A DNA stretch of 64,000 nt from Candidatus Brocadiia bacterium. GTDB taxonomy: Bacteria > Planctomycetota > Brocadiia > SM23-32. Each line of letters starts with the position of its first letter. Position 1 is the first letter of the stretch. The position numbers and the translations under genes were made by a program. Below are positions 29,269 to 38,747 of this stretch, one piece after another. The notes under the pieces were generated by a model that made no database searches, had not been told where the DNA came from, and saw only the letters and a list, made by a program, of their open reading frames with translations. The stretch covers positions 96,001 through 160,000 of the forward strand of contig JBKHIT010000002.1 of assembly GCA_046538485.1 (NCBI GenBank), written 5' to 3'.

Positions 29269-30432
29269 ATGAGTGATTACGAACTCAGCCCTCTGGTCGC
29301 TGTTCTTGGCGCAGCTGAAGAGTCCAGCCAGAAAGGAAATCCGGCAGCTGCCGGGGCTTTTAATGTCAATTTCTTTACCCAGGCTCAAGGAGTCCTGGAA
29401 GGGCTCAGGCGAGGAAATGCTCCTGCCGTGATCCAGGCTTCCAAAGGTGCTAATCGTTTTCAAGGTGGTCCCGACAAGATTTTTTACATGGTGACCAAAG
29501 CCATGGAAAACAGCGATCACCAGCTGCCTGTAGCCTTGCATCTGGACCACGGTAACCCGGAGAAGGGTGAAGAGTGTGCCGATAGCGGGTATACGGGCAT
29601 TATGATTGATGCCAGCGATGAAGAGTTTCCGGTCAATATCGCTATCACACGAGGAATGGTTGCTTTTTCCCATCCGCGAGGGGTCGGCGTCGAAGGCGAA
29701 TATGGGCAACTCTCGGGTGTTGAAGAAGATGTGTCCCACCAGGAGACGGTTTACGCGGATCCCGCTCGCGTGCCTGAATTTTTCGAGCGGACCGGAGCTG
29801 ATGCGCTTGCTGTGGCTTACGGAACCAGCCATGGGCCGAACAAAGGGGCCAATATCAACGAGCTGAAAACGACAATCGTGCGGGACAGCTACGCCGGTAT
29901 GGTGGAAGCTGGCCTCAATGAGACCCGCTTCCTGGTTGGACATGGTTCTTCAACTGTGCCGCAAGATATTGTCCAGGAGATTAATGATCTTGGCGGCAAT
30001 TTGCAGAATGCCCAGGGCGTACCGCTCGAAAAAATTAAAGAAGGAATCTCGTTTGGGCTGCGGAAAATCAACATCGATACCGACCTGCGACTCGGCATCA
30101 CAGCGACGTCTCGCAAATTCTTCAAGGACAATCCTGCTGCCGGCCAAACAAAGGCCCTCGCAGGTGCAAAAAAGGTCCTTGACGAGCAACTGGATGTCAT
30201 CGACCCGCGCACATATCTCGGGGAAGTCGAGCCCTTCGATATTCTCAGGGAACCGCCCGAGGAAAGCGGCGTTCAGGAATTCATCGATCTAATGGCTCTT
30301 ATCAAAGAGCGCATTGCTCAACATGTTGAGTTTCTGGTCAATGAATTCGGCAGTGCCGGCATAGCCGATATGGTGGCCGATACAACCATGGCGGATATGA
30401 AAGCCGTCTACGAGCAAAACGATCCATGGTGA
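29269..30432 (+). CDS. fba: Class II fructose-bisphosphate aldolase
   Basis: GAFNVN, ALHLDHG, MIDAS, VEGEYG, LAVAYGTSHG, HGSSTVP, KINIDTDLR. Confidence 0.93.
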   Translation: MSDYELSPLVAVLGAAEESSQKGNPAAAGAFNVNFFTQAQGVLEGLRRGNAPAVIQASKGANRFQGGPDKIFYMVTKAMENSDHQLPVALHLDHGNPEKGEECADSGYTGIMIDASDEEFPVNIAITRGMVAFSHPRGVGVEGEYGQLSGVEEDVSHQETVYADPARVPEFFERTGADALAVAYGTSHGPNKGANINELKTTIVRDSYAGMVEAGLNETRFLVGHGSSTVPQDIVQEINDLGGNLQNAQGVPLEKIKEGISFGLRKINIDTDLRLGITATSRKFFKDNPAAGQTKALAGAKKVLDEQLDVIDPRTYLGEVEPFDILREPPEESGVQEFIDLMALIKERIAQHVEFLVNEFGSAGIADMVADTTMADMKAVYEQNDPW

Positions 30433-30480
30433 TCGGTTTACCCCAGCTCCTCTGAGTAGAAATCGGTATCCATATGAAGG

Positions 30481-31722
30481 TCAGTTTTGCACTTGTAATT
30501 CAACTGTGGATGTCCCTTCGGCTTCGGAGTGCGTGAAACCCATTTTTGCCGTCGTGCCGAGTATTTCGACTTCATACTCACCGTAGAAACCATTAAGCGA
30601 AATCTCCCCGCTCGAATCGGTTGTCATATTCGTGGCCGTTTTCCATTCCGAATGGATGAGCTCGTGGAGACGTTCGTATGCGGGTTTTGGGGTAAGGTCG
30701 CGTCGCAACAAACCGGCTGGAGCGTTTTTCCAGCAGCCGTCACGGAAATCCCACCAGGTAATCGCTTCTACGGACGGGTGACTGAACAGAATAGTGTAGA
30801 ATGCCTCAACGTATTTGCGCTGTCGTTTTTCCCCTTCTGCTGTAGAGGGCCAGTCTTCCCAATTCGCTTCGTCGAAGGGGACACCCTCCGGGATACGTCG
30901 TCCGCTCAAGACCGTTGTTTCGGTGAAGTGGACGGGGAGTTCGAACCGGCTATAATCCTCGCAGACTTGCCAGAGACGTTCGAGCTCCCATTCGCCCCCG
31001 TGCATGTGAGATTGTATGCCGATGGCATCGATGGGAGAGGCGCGGTGGGTGAGTTCGTTGAGCTGTTTTTCGTACTCAGGGGAGACGTTGAAGTCGTTGA
31101 CAAGTAGCACAGATTCCGGGGCAGCACTGCGGGCCCATTCCAGACACTGGCGGGCAACTTCGGCCGACCCATCCTGTTTAACCCATTCACCCAAACCGTT
31201 ATCAAAATTTGCGGAAACGGTGGATTCGTTGATGACGTCCCAATGACGAATAAGAGGACGAAAATCTGAGGTTATTTCCTGGACGCGCTCTTTCAGCCTT
31301 GCTCGGGTTACTTTGGGATCGTCCGGGCCCCATGATGGCCAGACCGAATGCCAGACGAGGGGATGTCCTTTAGGGATAATCTCGTGTTCGATGCACCATG
31401 CGGCCATAGCTTTGAGTTTCTCTTCTTGCTTCTCGCCGGGTTGTTGTTCGTAGCTGCCCCAGTAAAAAGGCAACGTTGCGAAGTTGAAAAGTTCATCAAA
31501 GTGTTTTTGATAATTCTTTTGGTCTTCTGATTGATTGGCGGGTTCCAGCAGATAGATGTTGCAGCCAAAAAGAAAGTTGTGATTTGTTTGCGTTAAACGG
31601 ACCTTAACACCTGAGGCGCGTTCACCATTTTGGTCGGACAGCTGAAGCCGGATAGGTCCTTTACGGTATTGTTCAATGCGCTGATTTGCCGAATTTAACA
31701 GGGAAAGTTCTTTTTCGTTCAT
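30481..31722 (-). CDS. GH10 endo-1,4-beta-xylanase-family enzyme (no signal peptide)
   Basis: KGHPLVW, WDVINE (acid/base), IGIQSHMH, VHFTE (nucleophile), ITWWD, PKPAY. Confidence 0.9.
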   Translation of the reverse strand: MNEKELSLLNSANQRIEQYRKGPIRLQLSDQNGERASGVKVRLTQTNHNFLFGCNIYLLEPANQSEDQKNYQKHFDELFNFATLPFYWGSYEQQPGEKQEEKLKAMAAWCIEHEIIPKGHPLVWHSVWPSWGPDDPKVTRARLKERVQEITSDFRPLIRHWDVINESTVSANFDNGLGEWVKQDGSAEVARQCLEWARSAAPESVLLVNDFNVSPEYEKQLNELTHRASPIDAIGIQSHMHGGEWELERLWQVCEDYSRFELPVHFTETTVLSGRRIPEGVPFDEANWEDWPSTAEGEKRQRKYVEAFYTILFSHPSVEAITWWDFRDGCWKNAPAGLLRRDLTPKPAYERLHELIHSEWKTATNMTTDSSGEISLNGFYGEYEVEILGTTAKMGFTHSEAEGTSTVELQVQN

Positions 31723-31765
31723 GTTTTACTGTTTTCGATGATCGGTTTAAGAAAAGAGCGCCATT

Positions 31766-31804
31766 AAAAAGAAAAAAGCAGGGGCGATCAGACACCCCTG
31801 CTTT
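31766..31804 (-). terminator. Intrinsic terminator after the ferredoxin gene
   Basis: Minus strand AAAGCAGGGG-tgtctgatcg-CCCCTGCTTTTTT; a second hairpin TTGAGTTCC/GGAACTCAA lies at 31803-31830. Confidence 0.75.
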
Positions 31805-31830
31805 GAGTTCCAAAACTGACGGGAACTCAA

Positions 31831-32001
31831 TTATTCTTCGCTAATTGCTTCGACCGGGCATTCTTCCATGCAGGTGCCGCATTCCACACATTCTTCTTGA
31901 TCAATTACCGCAATACCATCTTCGAGTGAAATGGCTTCGGTGGGGCAAACATCAACACAGGTTTCGCACCCGGTGCATTCTTCTTCGTCAACTACGAACA
32001 T
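31831..32001 (-). CDS. fdx: 2[4Fe-4S] ferredoxin, 56 aa (absent from the ORF track)
   Basis: Translated by hand: [56 protein letters not shown]; two CxxCxxCxxxCP motifs; SD AAGGAGG. Confidence 0.96.
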   Translation of the reverse strand: MFVVDEEECTGCETCVDVCPTEAISLEDGIAVIDQEECVECGTCMEECPVEAISEE

Positions 32002-32055
32002 CACAGACCTCCTTTATGGAAAGGGTTGTAAAAGAAAAAGTCAAGAAGTAGCATA

Positions 32056-32092
32056 TAGCCTGCATCTTACGGGTGCAGGCTATATAAAACGG
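32056..32092. repeat. 37-bp palindromic (REP-like) element, copy 2
   Basis: TAGCCTGCATC-TTACG-GGTGCAGGCTA-TATAAAACGG, directly after the rnfB stop codon. Confidence 0.85.
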
Positions 32093-32093
32093 G

Positions 32094-32930
32094 TTAGGAA
32101 GTTGCGCCGACTGCCTGATCTTCTTGTTGAGGTTTTTGTCCCGCGGATTCAATTACGAAACAGTCCATTGGGCAGGCGTCGGCAGCTTCCGAAAAATCGC
32201 CTTCGGCCTTCTCATGATCGAGTTGCGGCAGACCGTTTACAATCTCAATTGCTTCGTTGGGATCCTTCTTTTCACAGACTCCGCAGGCGATGCAACCTTT
32301 GCTGCAGATATCCTTGACAGAACGGCCGGAGTCTCGATTGGAGCATCCAAGGTAGATTTTATATTCGATCGGCAACAGGCTGATCAAGTCCCGTGGACAG
32401 ACGTTTACACAGACGCCGCAGCCAGTACATTTCTCGGGATCGATATCGGGCAGCCGACTCTCCGTCATTGTAATGGCATCGAACGGGCAGGCTTCTGCGC
32501 ACGACCCAAACCCAAGACAGCCGTATGGACAGGCTATCGGCCCTCCGGATGCGATGTGGGCAGCCCGACAATCTTCTGGTCCATTATAATCAGCGATCCG
32601 ATCACACACTCCGATGCCGCCCTGGCAGTGAACCACCGCGCGCATTGCGCCTATATCTGATGTTTCAACACCCATGATATCAGCGATTTCCTCTGTGGTT
32701 TTCTGTCCACCGGCTTTGCATAAACCAATGTCTTCTCCCTCGACGACCGCTTCAGCGTAGGCGCGGCACCCTCCATACCCGCATGCGCCGCAGTTTGCAC
32801 CGGGAAGTATCTGGAGGATTTTGTCAATACGGTCATCAGTATCCACTGAAAATGCCCGTGAGGCAAGGGCGAGGCCGATGCCAAACAAAAGCCCCAACGT
32901 TACCATTGCGATGATAGATATGACAACCAT
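32094..32930 (-). CDS. rnfB: Rnf electron transport complex subunit B
   Basis: N-terminal TM, LPGANCGACGYGGC..YA, CKAGG, VHCQG, CPYGCLGFGSC..ACPFDAI, CTGCGVCVNVCP. Confidence 0.92.
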   Translation of the reverse strand: MVVISIIAMVTLGLLFGIGLALASRAFSVDTDDRIDKILQILPGANCGACGYGGCRAYAEAVVEGEDIGLCKAGGQKTTEEIADIMGVETSDIGAMRAVVHCQGGIGVCDRIADYNGPEDCRAAHIASGGPIACPYGCLGFGSCAEACPFDAITMTESRLPDIDPEKCTGCGVCVNVCPRDLISLLPIEYKIYLGCSNRDSGRSVKDICSKGCIACGVCEKKDPNEAIEIVNGLPQLDHEKAEGDFSEAADACPMDCFVIESAGQKPQQEDQAVGATS

Positions 32931-32959
32931 TTTTTCAGATTTCCCGAAAAGCCTGGCAT

Positions 32960-33712
32960 TTACCTGCCCACGCGCAGGCGATGTCCTAAAATTCCGTAAT
33001 CTTTGCCGAGTTTTGCTATTTCTGCTGCGGTTTTTTCGAAACGGTAGGGCACCCTGTACCAGGTGACCCTGTTTTCATCAAGTATTACGTATGAAGCACG
33101 ATTGTCACCATCGCGCGGTTGACCAACAGACCCCACGTTGATGATGGCGTTTCTTTCGTCAAGTTCAACTGTAAAACCATTCCCTTCCGGGACTACCAGT
33201 TCGAGACCTTCTTTGATGCAACACGGAACGTGCGTGTGACCAACGAAACAATAATGGTCAATTGTCTCCAACACATTTTGAAGTTTTTCGCGGTCGTATT
33301 GAACATCGGATGGCAGAAGATACTCGGTGAGTTTTTCTCGGGGAGAGGCATGAACAAAACACGAATCGTCTTCGTCGTGGTATTTGGGAAGGTTTTCCAG
33401 GAATTCCCATCGTTCGATTTGCTGCTCGTCGGCGTCTTCTCCCGGTTTAAGCCATTTTTTTGTTTTGTAAATCATCCGTGTGGCGATTGAGTTGAACGAA
33501 ACCGGCGAGTGGAGGACCGCCCAGTCGTGGTTCCCCATCAAACAGACCTTGCAATTTTTCTGGATCAGGTCTATACATTTTTGAGGATTTGGTCCGTAAC
33601 CTACGAGGTCACCGAGACACCAGATCTCTTCAATCCCCTGCATCCAGGCCGATTGAAGGACGGCCTCAAGGGCTTCAGCGTTGGCATGAATGTCCGAAAT
33701 AATTGCTAACAT
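32960..33712 (-). CDS. Metallophosphoesterase (calcineurin-like, YfcE/PPP-related)
   Basis: ISDIHAN, LGDLVGYGP, GNHD, GHTH, NVGSVGQPRDGD. Confidence 0.92.
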   Translation of the reverse strand: MLAIISDIHANAEALEAVLQSAWMQGIEEIWCLGDLVGYGPNPQKCIDLIQKNCKVCLMGNHDWAVLHSPVSFNSIATRMIYKTKKWLKPGEDADEQQIERWEFLENLPKYHDEDDSCFVHASPREKLTEYLLPSDVQYDREKLQNVLETIDHYCFVGHTHVPCCIKEGLELVVPEGNGFTVELDERNAIINVGSVGQPRDGDNRASYVILDENRVTWYRVPYRFEKTAAEIAKLGKDYGILGHRLRVGR

Positions 33713-33888
33713 TCGGTTGGAATCTCTTCATAGTCGCGTAAAACCGTTATTTGACATCATTCTGGTTTGGTATTCAAGCAAAAGACGTATTTTCGGACAG
33801 GAGTTCTGGAATATGCGGACGATTTGCTACCGGGCATGGTTGCGCTATATGATATTGTGATATGATTTAATGACGATTTTATTCGGGC

Positions 33889-35571
33889 ATGAATTTCTGG
33901 AAGTTCCCTGTGACAAAGTTACAATCATACACGCTAAAAGAGGTTTTGAAGGCATTCATACCGGCTTTTTTGGCGCTTTTATTGATAATGGTGCTCGGGT
34001 TCTGTGTGCAGCTGATTCATGATGGCCTCGACGTTGTGCGCCTGCGGAGCATACCGCGCTATGTCGCCAGTTTTTCTGTGCCCTGGGTGCTGCCCCCGGC
34101 TTTCCTGACAGCGGTTATTCTGGTTTTTGGCCGGCTGGCTGCAGACGGAGAAGTGCTCGCTATGCAGGTAGGTGGCGTGCGCTTGCGCCATGTTATGTTC
34201 CCAGTTGCTCTTGCTGGTTTGTTGCTTAGTTGTGTGGCGGCTTATTTCCACTTCGAAACCGTTCCTCTTGACCGTCAGCGTATTGAGTTGCTGAAGTATA
34301 AGGCAATTCAGCAGTTGCTCGTTGATGAAGTAGCACTGAGTTCACAACGGCAGTTTACTTTTCGCCCCTACACAATTCAGTATGAAGATTACCGGGACGA
34401 ACGATTGATCAATGTGCTGGTCGTGCGAGGGCAACACGGCGGCCCACCAAAAACCGTTATTACGGCAAAAAAGGGGTGGGTCGATGCGAGACGCCGGACT
34501 CCCACGGATACCTCCCGGATTACAAGCGAACAAGTGGAGAGAAGCCAGCGTGTTCGTTTCATTCTCACAGATTGTAATGTTACTCAGTTTTCCGGCAGTG
34601 AGCTTGGGGGGCGGGGAACGATCGAAGCCGGCCGAATGGTCCTGAATGTCCATTTCGGTTCCGATTTGGATGATCTGACGACGGATATGAAACATCTACC
34701 CCTGGGCCTGTTTCTTCGTCGGCGGAAAAAACTGAAAGAAAAGGTCGCTTCCCATAAAAAAAAGTTTAAAAATCCAGACGACAAAGAGGATGAGTTGAGT
34801 GATCATTTGCGGGCTCTTGGCGTTCGGAAAGCGGGCTTGCAACGCTTGTTAAAGAAAGAAAACCAAAAAGCAGACCGTCTGCGAAGAGAGGCTCTTCGCG
34901 ACCAGGAAAATATTATTACACGACAAAGCAAACAGGCGGAAGAGTGGCGGGAACGGATTGCCAAAGTTAAAAAAGACCATGTGTCAACGCTACAGAAAAT
35001 CAAGGAGTTGCGAGAAAATGAAGGAGGTGAAGAGAATTTTGGAGAAATTACGGCCCTGCGTAAAAAAGCGAAATCTCTAAAAGACAGAATCGATGCTTTG
35101 AAGGGAAAAGTGGTGGCTGCCGAGGAGAACAGGCTCGAAGCCAGACAAAAACAACGGAAAAGCCTGCAAAGCGTCAGGGAAATTAAAAAACGTGTGGCCG
35201 AACTGAGTGAAGAACGAGAAAGTGTCGAAAACATAATGAAAGAATGGCAACAGAAACGCAGACAGGCTGAAGAGCAGAAAGATTTGCGAGAGTTGGAAGT
35301 GAGAATGCACCGTCGCTTGGCCCTTGCCGTTGCGGTATTTATGTTCGGATTACTGGGCATGCCGCTGGGAGTTATGACAAAACATCGAAGCAGTATGATA
35401 GCTTTCGGTATCGGTTTTGCCTTCATGGTGATCATATTTTATCCAATGCTGATTGTGGGCCAAATCGCCGCTGAGACGGGTACCCTGCCTGTTGCCGCCG
35501 CCATGTGGTCTGGAAATGCTGTTACTTTGTTCATAATTGTGCTGCTGTTCTGGTCCCTTATGAAAAAATAA
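33889..35571 (+). CDS. LptF/LptG-family permease with a long coiled-coil insertion
   Basis: Three N-terminal TMs with FGRLAADGEVLAMQVGGV; C-terminal HRRLALAVA...LGMPLG...AAMWSGN with three TMs. Confidence 0.88.
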   Translation: MNFWKFPVTKLQSYTLKEVLKAFIPAFLALLLIMVLGFCVQLIHDGLDVVRLRSIPRYVASFSVPWVLPPAFLTAVILVFGRLAADGEVLAMQVGGVRLRHVMFPVALAGLLLSCVAAYFHFETVPLDRQRIELLKYKAIQQLLVDEVALSSQRQFTFRPYTIQYEDYRDERLINVLVVRGQHGGPPKTVITAKKGWVDARRRTPTDTSRITSEQVERSQRVRFILTDCNVTQFSGSELGGRGTIEAGRMVLNVHFGSDLDDLTTDMKHLPLGLFLRRRKKLKEKVASHKKKFKNPDDKEDELSDHLRALGVRKAGLQRLLKKENQKADRLRREALRDQENIITRQSKQAEEWRERIAKVKKDHVSTLQKIKELRENEGGEENFGEITALRKKAKSLKDRIDALKGKVVAAEENRLEARQKQRKSLQSVREIKKRVAELSEERESVENIMKEWQQKRRQAEEQKDLRELEVRMHRRLALAVAVFMFGLLGMPLGVMTKHRSSMIAFGIGFAFMVIIFYPMLIVGQIAAETGTLPVAAAMWSGNAVTLFIIVLLFWSLMKK

Positions 35572-35664
35572 CGCGGTGAAGGGACGCTCTGCGATTGACT
35601 CAGCGGTCAGCTAACCGGGGATGCGAGGCAAGTAAAATCGCAGGCCCAACGCGTTATCTGTCGA

Positions 35665-37497
35665 ATGGATAGAAGACCAATCCCGATGGAGGAACAAACA
35701 ATTACCCCTGAAAAACGGAGATTTCCGTTGCCCAAAAAAGCTGTTTTGCTGGCGGTGGTGAGTGGGATCCTGTTGTACATATCGTTTCCTCCGGTCAGTC
35801 TCTGGTTCTGCGCACTCTTCGCGCTCGCACCACTTATCTATGTCGCAATGGGCGCGGCTTCATGGCGCAGGGCGGCCTTCTATGGGCTTTTGGCCGGGCT
35901 GACGGCGTATTTGCCGGGATTGATCTGGCTCTCCAGCGTTACGGTTGTCGGCTGGATCGGCCTGTCCTTTTATGTCAGCTTGTACCTGGTTCTCGCGGCG
36001 GTGTTTGTATACGTGCTGGCAACCCACGGAGGGGAATTGTGGCCGGTTTTGATGTCGTTCGGCTGGGTGGGGCTGGAGTTTGTCCGGGCGCGGTTCATAA
36101 CCGGTTTCCCATGGCTTTTACTTGGGTACAGCCAGCAGCAATCACTTGGGATCTTGCAGCTGGCTTCCGTTACCGGCGTCTACGGGATCAGCTGGATTGT
36201 TATTTTTATCAATATTAATATCGCTCGAACGGGGATGGGACTGGCCAGCCGACGCTTGGCGCCAAAGAAATGGCATGTCTCACTTTTCTGGCTGGCGGCC
36301 AGTCTGATTCTTTACGAATCATGTGGCGCTATCGGCTTGCACTGGGTTCAGAATGCGAAATCGGTGGGCGACGAAACAATGCGAGTGGGAATTGTCCAGC
36401 ATAATGTGCCCCGGCGTCTGGTAGATATTCAGATGCCCACGGAGGTTTTGAACGCCAGAAAGCGGTTGCGGGAAGAGGGTGAAAGTCTCGATACGTCCAC
36501 GCGGGAGGAGCTTCAGAAAAAAATCCATGATTATTACCGCCAGATCGACCGACGGATGCTTGAAGAGATCGATAAAGCGGTGAGACTATCCCGCAAATTG
36601 AAAGGGGAAAATCCGGATTTAATCGTCTGGCCGGAAACAACCGTTCAGTTGCCCCTGAACGTGACCCCCAAACTCATTCGCGATCCGGATACCCGCGCCA
36701 TACAGGTTCACGCTCTAAATTCTATCAAAGAATTGGCTCGGGACTTTGGTTGTCATGTACTTGTCGGAGCTCCGGCAGCATTCGCGCGTGACGCCGGCTA
36801 CGTTGAAGAGGTTTATTACGGTATGAATACGAAACATTCTGCGAACAGTGCTGTTCTGTTCAGCCCTGCGGGGGAATATATCGACCGCTACGACAAAATG
36901 CACCTGGTGCCGTTTGGAGAATACGTCCCTCTTGTTGATCTGCTGCCATTTTTGCAGGTCTTTACGCCGATGACTCGCCAGGTAACTCCGGGGGCGGAGT
37001 CGGTCATCTTCAAAGTCCGTTTGGAGAATGATGTGACGGCAAAAGTGGCGGCACCGGTTTGCTATGAAGACGTGGTCGCACAACTGATGCGCCGATTCCG
37101 CCGAAAAGGAGCCGAAGTACTGATCAATATTACCGATGAAGGTTGGTACAGACCGCCGGGAGAACAGCGACAGCATGCTGCTATGGCGGTTTTCCGGGCG
37201 GTGGAAACCAGGACCGACGTCATCCGGGTTGCCAACACCGGGATATCCGGTTTTATCAGTCGGCGAGGGATCCCTTTTTTCCTGAGACGCTCTACGGAGA
37301 GAGGCAAGTTGGCGAGCCGCAATGTCTCTGGAGCCATGGTGGGAGAGGTCCATTTGTCGCGCGAGGAAACAATTTACATGGCGTTCGGAGATTGGTTTGC
37401 CTGGACCTCTGTGGTTATAAGTGGTGCTTTTTTGGCCTACCTGTTGGGCAAACGATGGTTCAGGCGTTGGTCGAGACGGAGCGGAGAAGAAACTTAG
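35665..37497 (+). CDS. lnt: Apolipoprotein N-acyltransferase
   Basis: TGFPWLLLGYSQ; catalytic triad in VWPE, YDKMHLVPFGEYVP and VCYED; RAVE; ANTGIS. Confidence 0.95.
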   Translation: MDRRPIPMEEQTITPEKRRFPLPKKAVLLAVVSGILLYISFPPVSLWFCALFALAPLIYVAMGAASWRRAAFYGLLAGLTAYLPGLIWLSSVTVVGWIGLSFYVSLYLVLAAVFVYVLATHGGELWPVLMSFGWVGLEFVRARFITGFPWLLLGYSQQQSLGILQLASVTGVYGISWIVIFININIARTGMGLASRRLAPKKWHVSLFWLAASLILYESCGAIGLHWVQNAKSVGDETMRVGIVQHNVPRRLVDIQMPTEVLNARKRLREEGESLDTSTREELQKKIHDYYRQIDRRMLEEIDKAVRLSRKLKGENPDLIVWPETTVQLPLNVTPKLIRDPDTRAIQVHALNSIKELARDFGCHVLVGAPAAFARDAGYVEEVYYGMNTKHSANSAVLFSPAGEYIDRYDKMHLVPFGEYVPLVDLLPFLQVFTPMTRQVTPGAESVIFKVRLENDVTAKVAAPVCYEDVVAQLMRRFRRKGAEVLINITDEGWYRPPGEQRQHAAMAVFRAVETRTDVIRVANTGISGFISRRGIPFFLRRSTERGKLASRNVSGAMVGEVHLSREETIYMAFGDWFAWTSVVISGAFLAYLLGKRWFRRWSRRSGEET

Positions 37498-37732
37498 TGG
37501 TCTGGTTGATAAAATTTGCGACCGCCACCACTTAGCGACTGGAACCGGGGCGGCTTGAAATCCCGCTTGACTCAGGGCTGGTTGCAAATGATAGGCTTGA
37601 AGCTTGCACTGATCGGTTGGCGGCCCTATCATGCCAATTTCTTTGCCCTCAAAAAGCGTTGAGCGGCAGCCGTTCGATTTTCGGAGCCAGAAAAAAATTT
37701 CAAATGCGTGGGAGAACCCCGGGAGATACACG

Positions 37733-38734
37733 ATGTCTGAACATAAAACTATCCTCATCGACAGAGGACAGGTGGAAGAATTCCTGACGATGGCTCGGGC
37801 GGTCGAAGCAGTGGAAGAGGCGTTCCGGGCATACGGAGAGGGAAACGCTCAACTGCCTCCCAAACCATATCTGCAGTTTCCCAAAGGTGACCTCCGATGC
37901 ATGCCGGCGTACCTGCCGGGACTGGGCCTGGCTTCTGTTAAAAACGTGAATGTGCACCCGGAGAATACGGAGTTGCCCACTGTTATGGCAACTATCACTA
38001 TTTTTGACCCATATACGGGCTTTGCGCGAGCCATTATGGACGGAACTTATCTGACAGCTGTGCGCACGGGAGCGGCTGGCGGTATCGCGGCGCGTTATCT
38101 TGCCAGGGAAGATTCCAGGATCGTCTCTTTTGCAGGGGCAGGGCGTCAGGCTCGGACGCAACTGGCGGCCCTGGTGGAAACGATGCCCCAAATTGAGGAG
38201 GTCTTGATCCATGACATCGATCAGGACAGGGCGCGGCAGTTCTGCCAATACTGTGACGAAGAACACGATCTTGAAGCACGGTACGCCGAGTTAAACGATA
38301 CTGTGAGAGAGGCCGATATCCTTACGACGGTTACTCCGAGCCGTGAGCCTTTTGTCAGCCTCGAGTATCTGAAACCCGGGACCCATGTCAATGCGATCGG
38401 AGCTGATGCACCGGGGAAGCAGGAATTGGAGCTGGAGGTCCTTGAAAAAGCAAAGATCGTTTTGGATAGCTGGAAACAGGCATCACACGGCGGTGAAATC
38501 AACTGTGCTGTGGCAGAGGGACTGATCAGGGAAGAGGATATCCATGCTAATATCGGGGAAGTGGTGACGGGCCGAAAGACGGGGCGTGAATGTGAGGATG
38601 AGATCACGGTGTTCGATTCAACTGGTCTCGCCATCCAGGATTGTGCATGTGCTGTCCAGGTCTACCGCGAACTAACCGCGGAGGGAAGAGACATATCGAG
38701 ATTGACAACTGTAGATTTTCTCAGCAGATTCTGA
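37733..38734 (+). CDS. ala: Alanine dehydrogenase of the ornithine cyclodeaminase/mu-crystallin family
   Basis: GDLRCMPAY, VKNVNVHPEN..LPTVMA, DGTYLTAVRTGAAGG, GAGRQA, NAIGADAPGKQE, FDSTGLAIQD. Confidence 0.8.
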   Translation: MSEHKTILIDRGQVEEFLTMARAVEAVEEAFRAYGEGNAQLPPKPYLQFPKGDLRCMPAYLPGLGLASVKNVNVHPENTELPTVMATITIFDPYTGFARAIMDGTYLTAVRTGAAGGIAARYLAREDSRIVSFAGAGRQARTQLAALVETMPQIEEVLIHDIDQDRARQFCQYCDEEHDLEARYAELNDTVREADILTTVTPSREPFVSLEYLKPGTHVNAIGADAPGKQELELEVLEKAKIVLDSWKQASHGGEINCAVAEGLIREEDIHANIGEVVTGRKTGRECEDEITVFDSTGLAIQDCACAVQVYRELTAEGRDISRLTTVDFLSRF

Positions 38735-38747
38735 TCGGAAACTTCTT

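Noticed and set aside
36715..37758. Long antisense ORFs (347 aa here; also 28927-29943, 59930-60721, 16475-17200, 34803-35435)
   Set aside because: They lie opposite well-supported genes and have no motifs; these are shadow frames.
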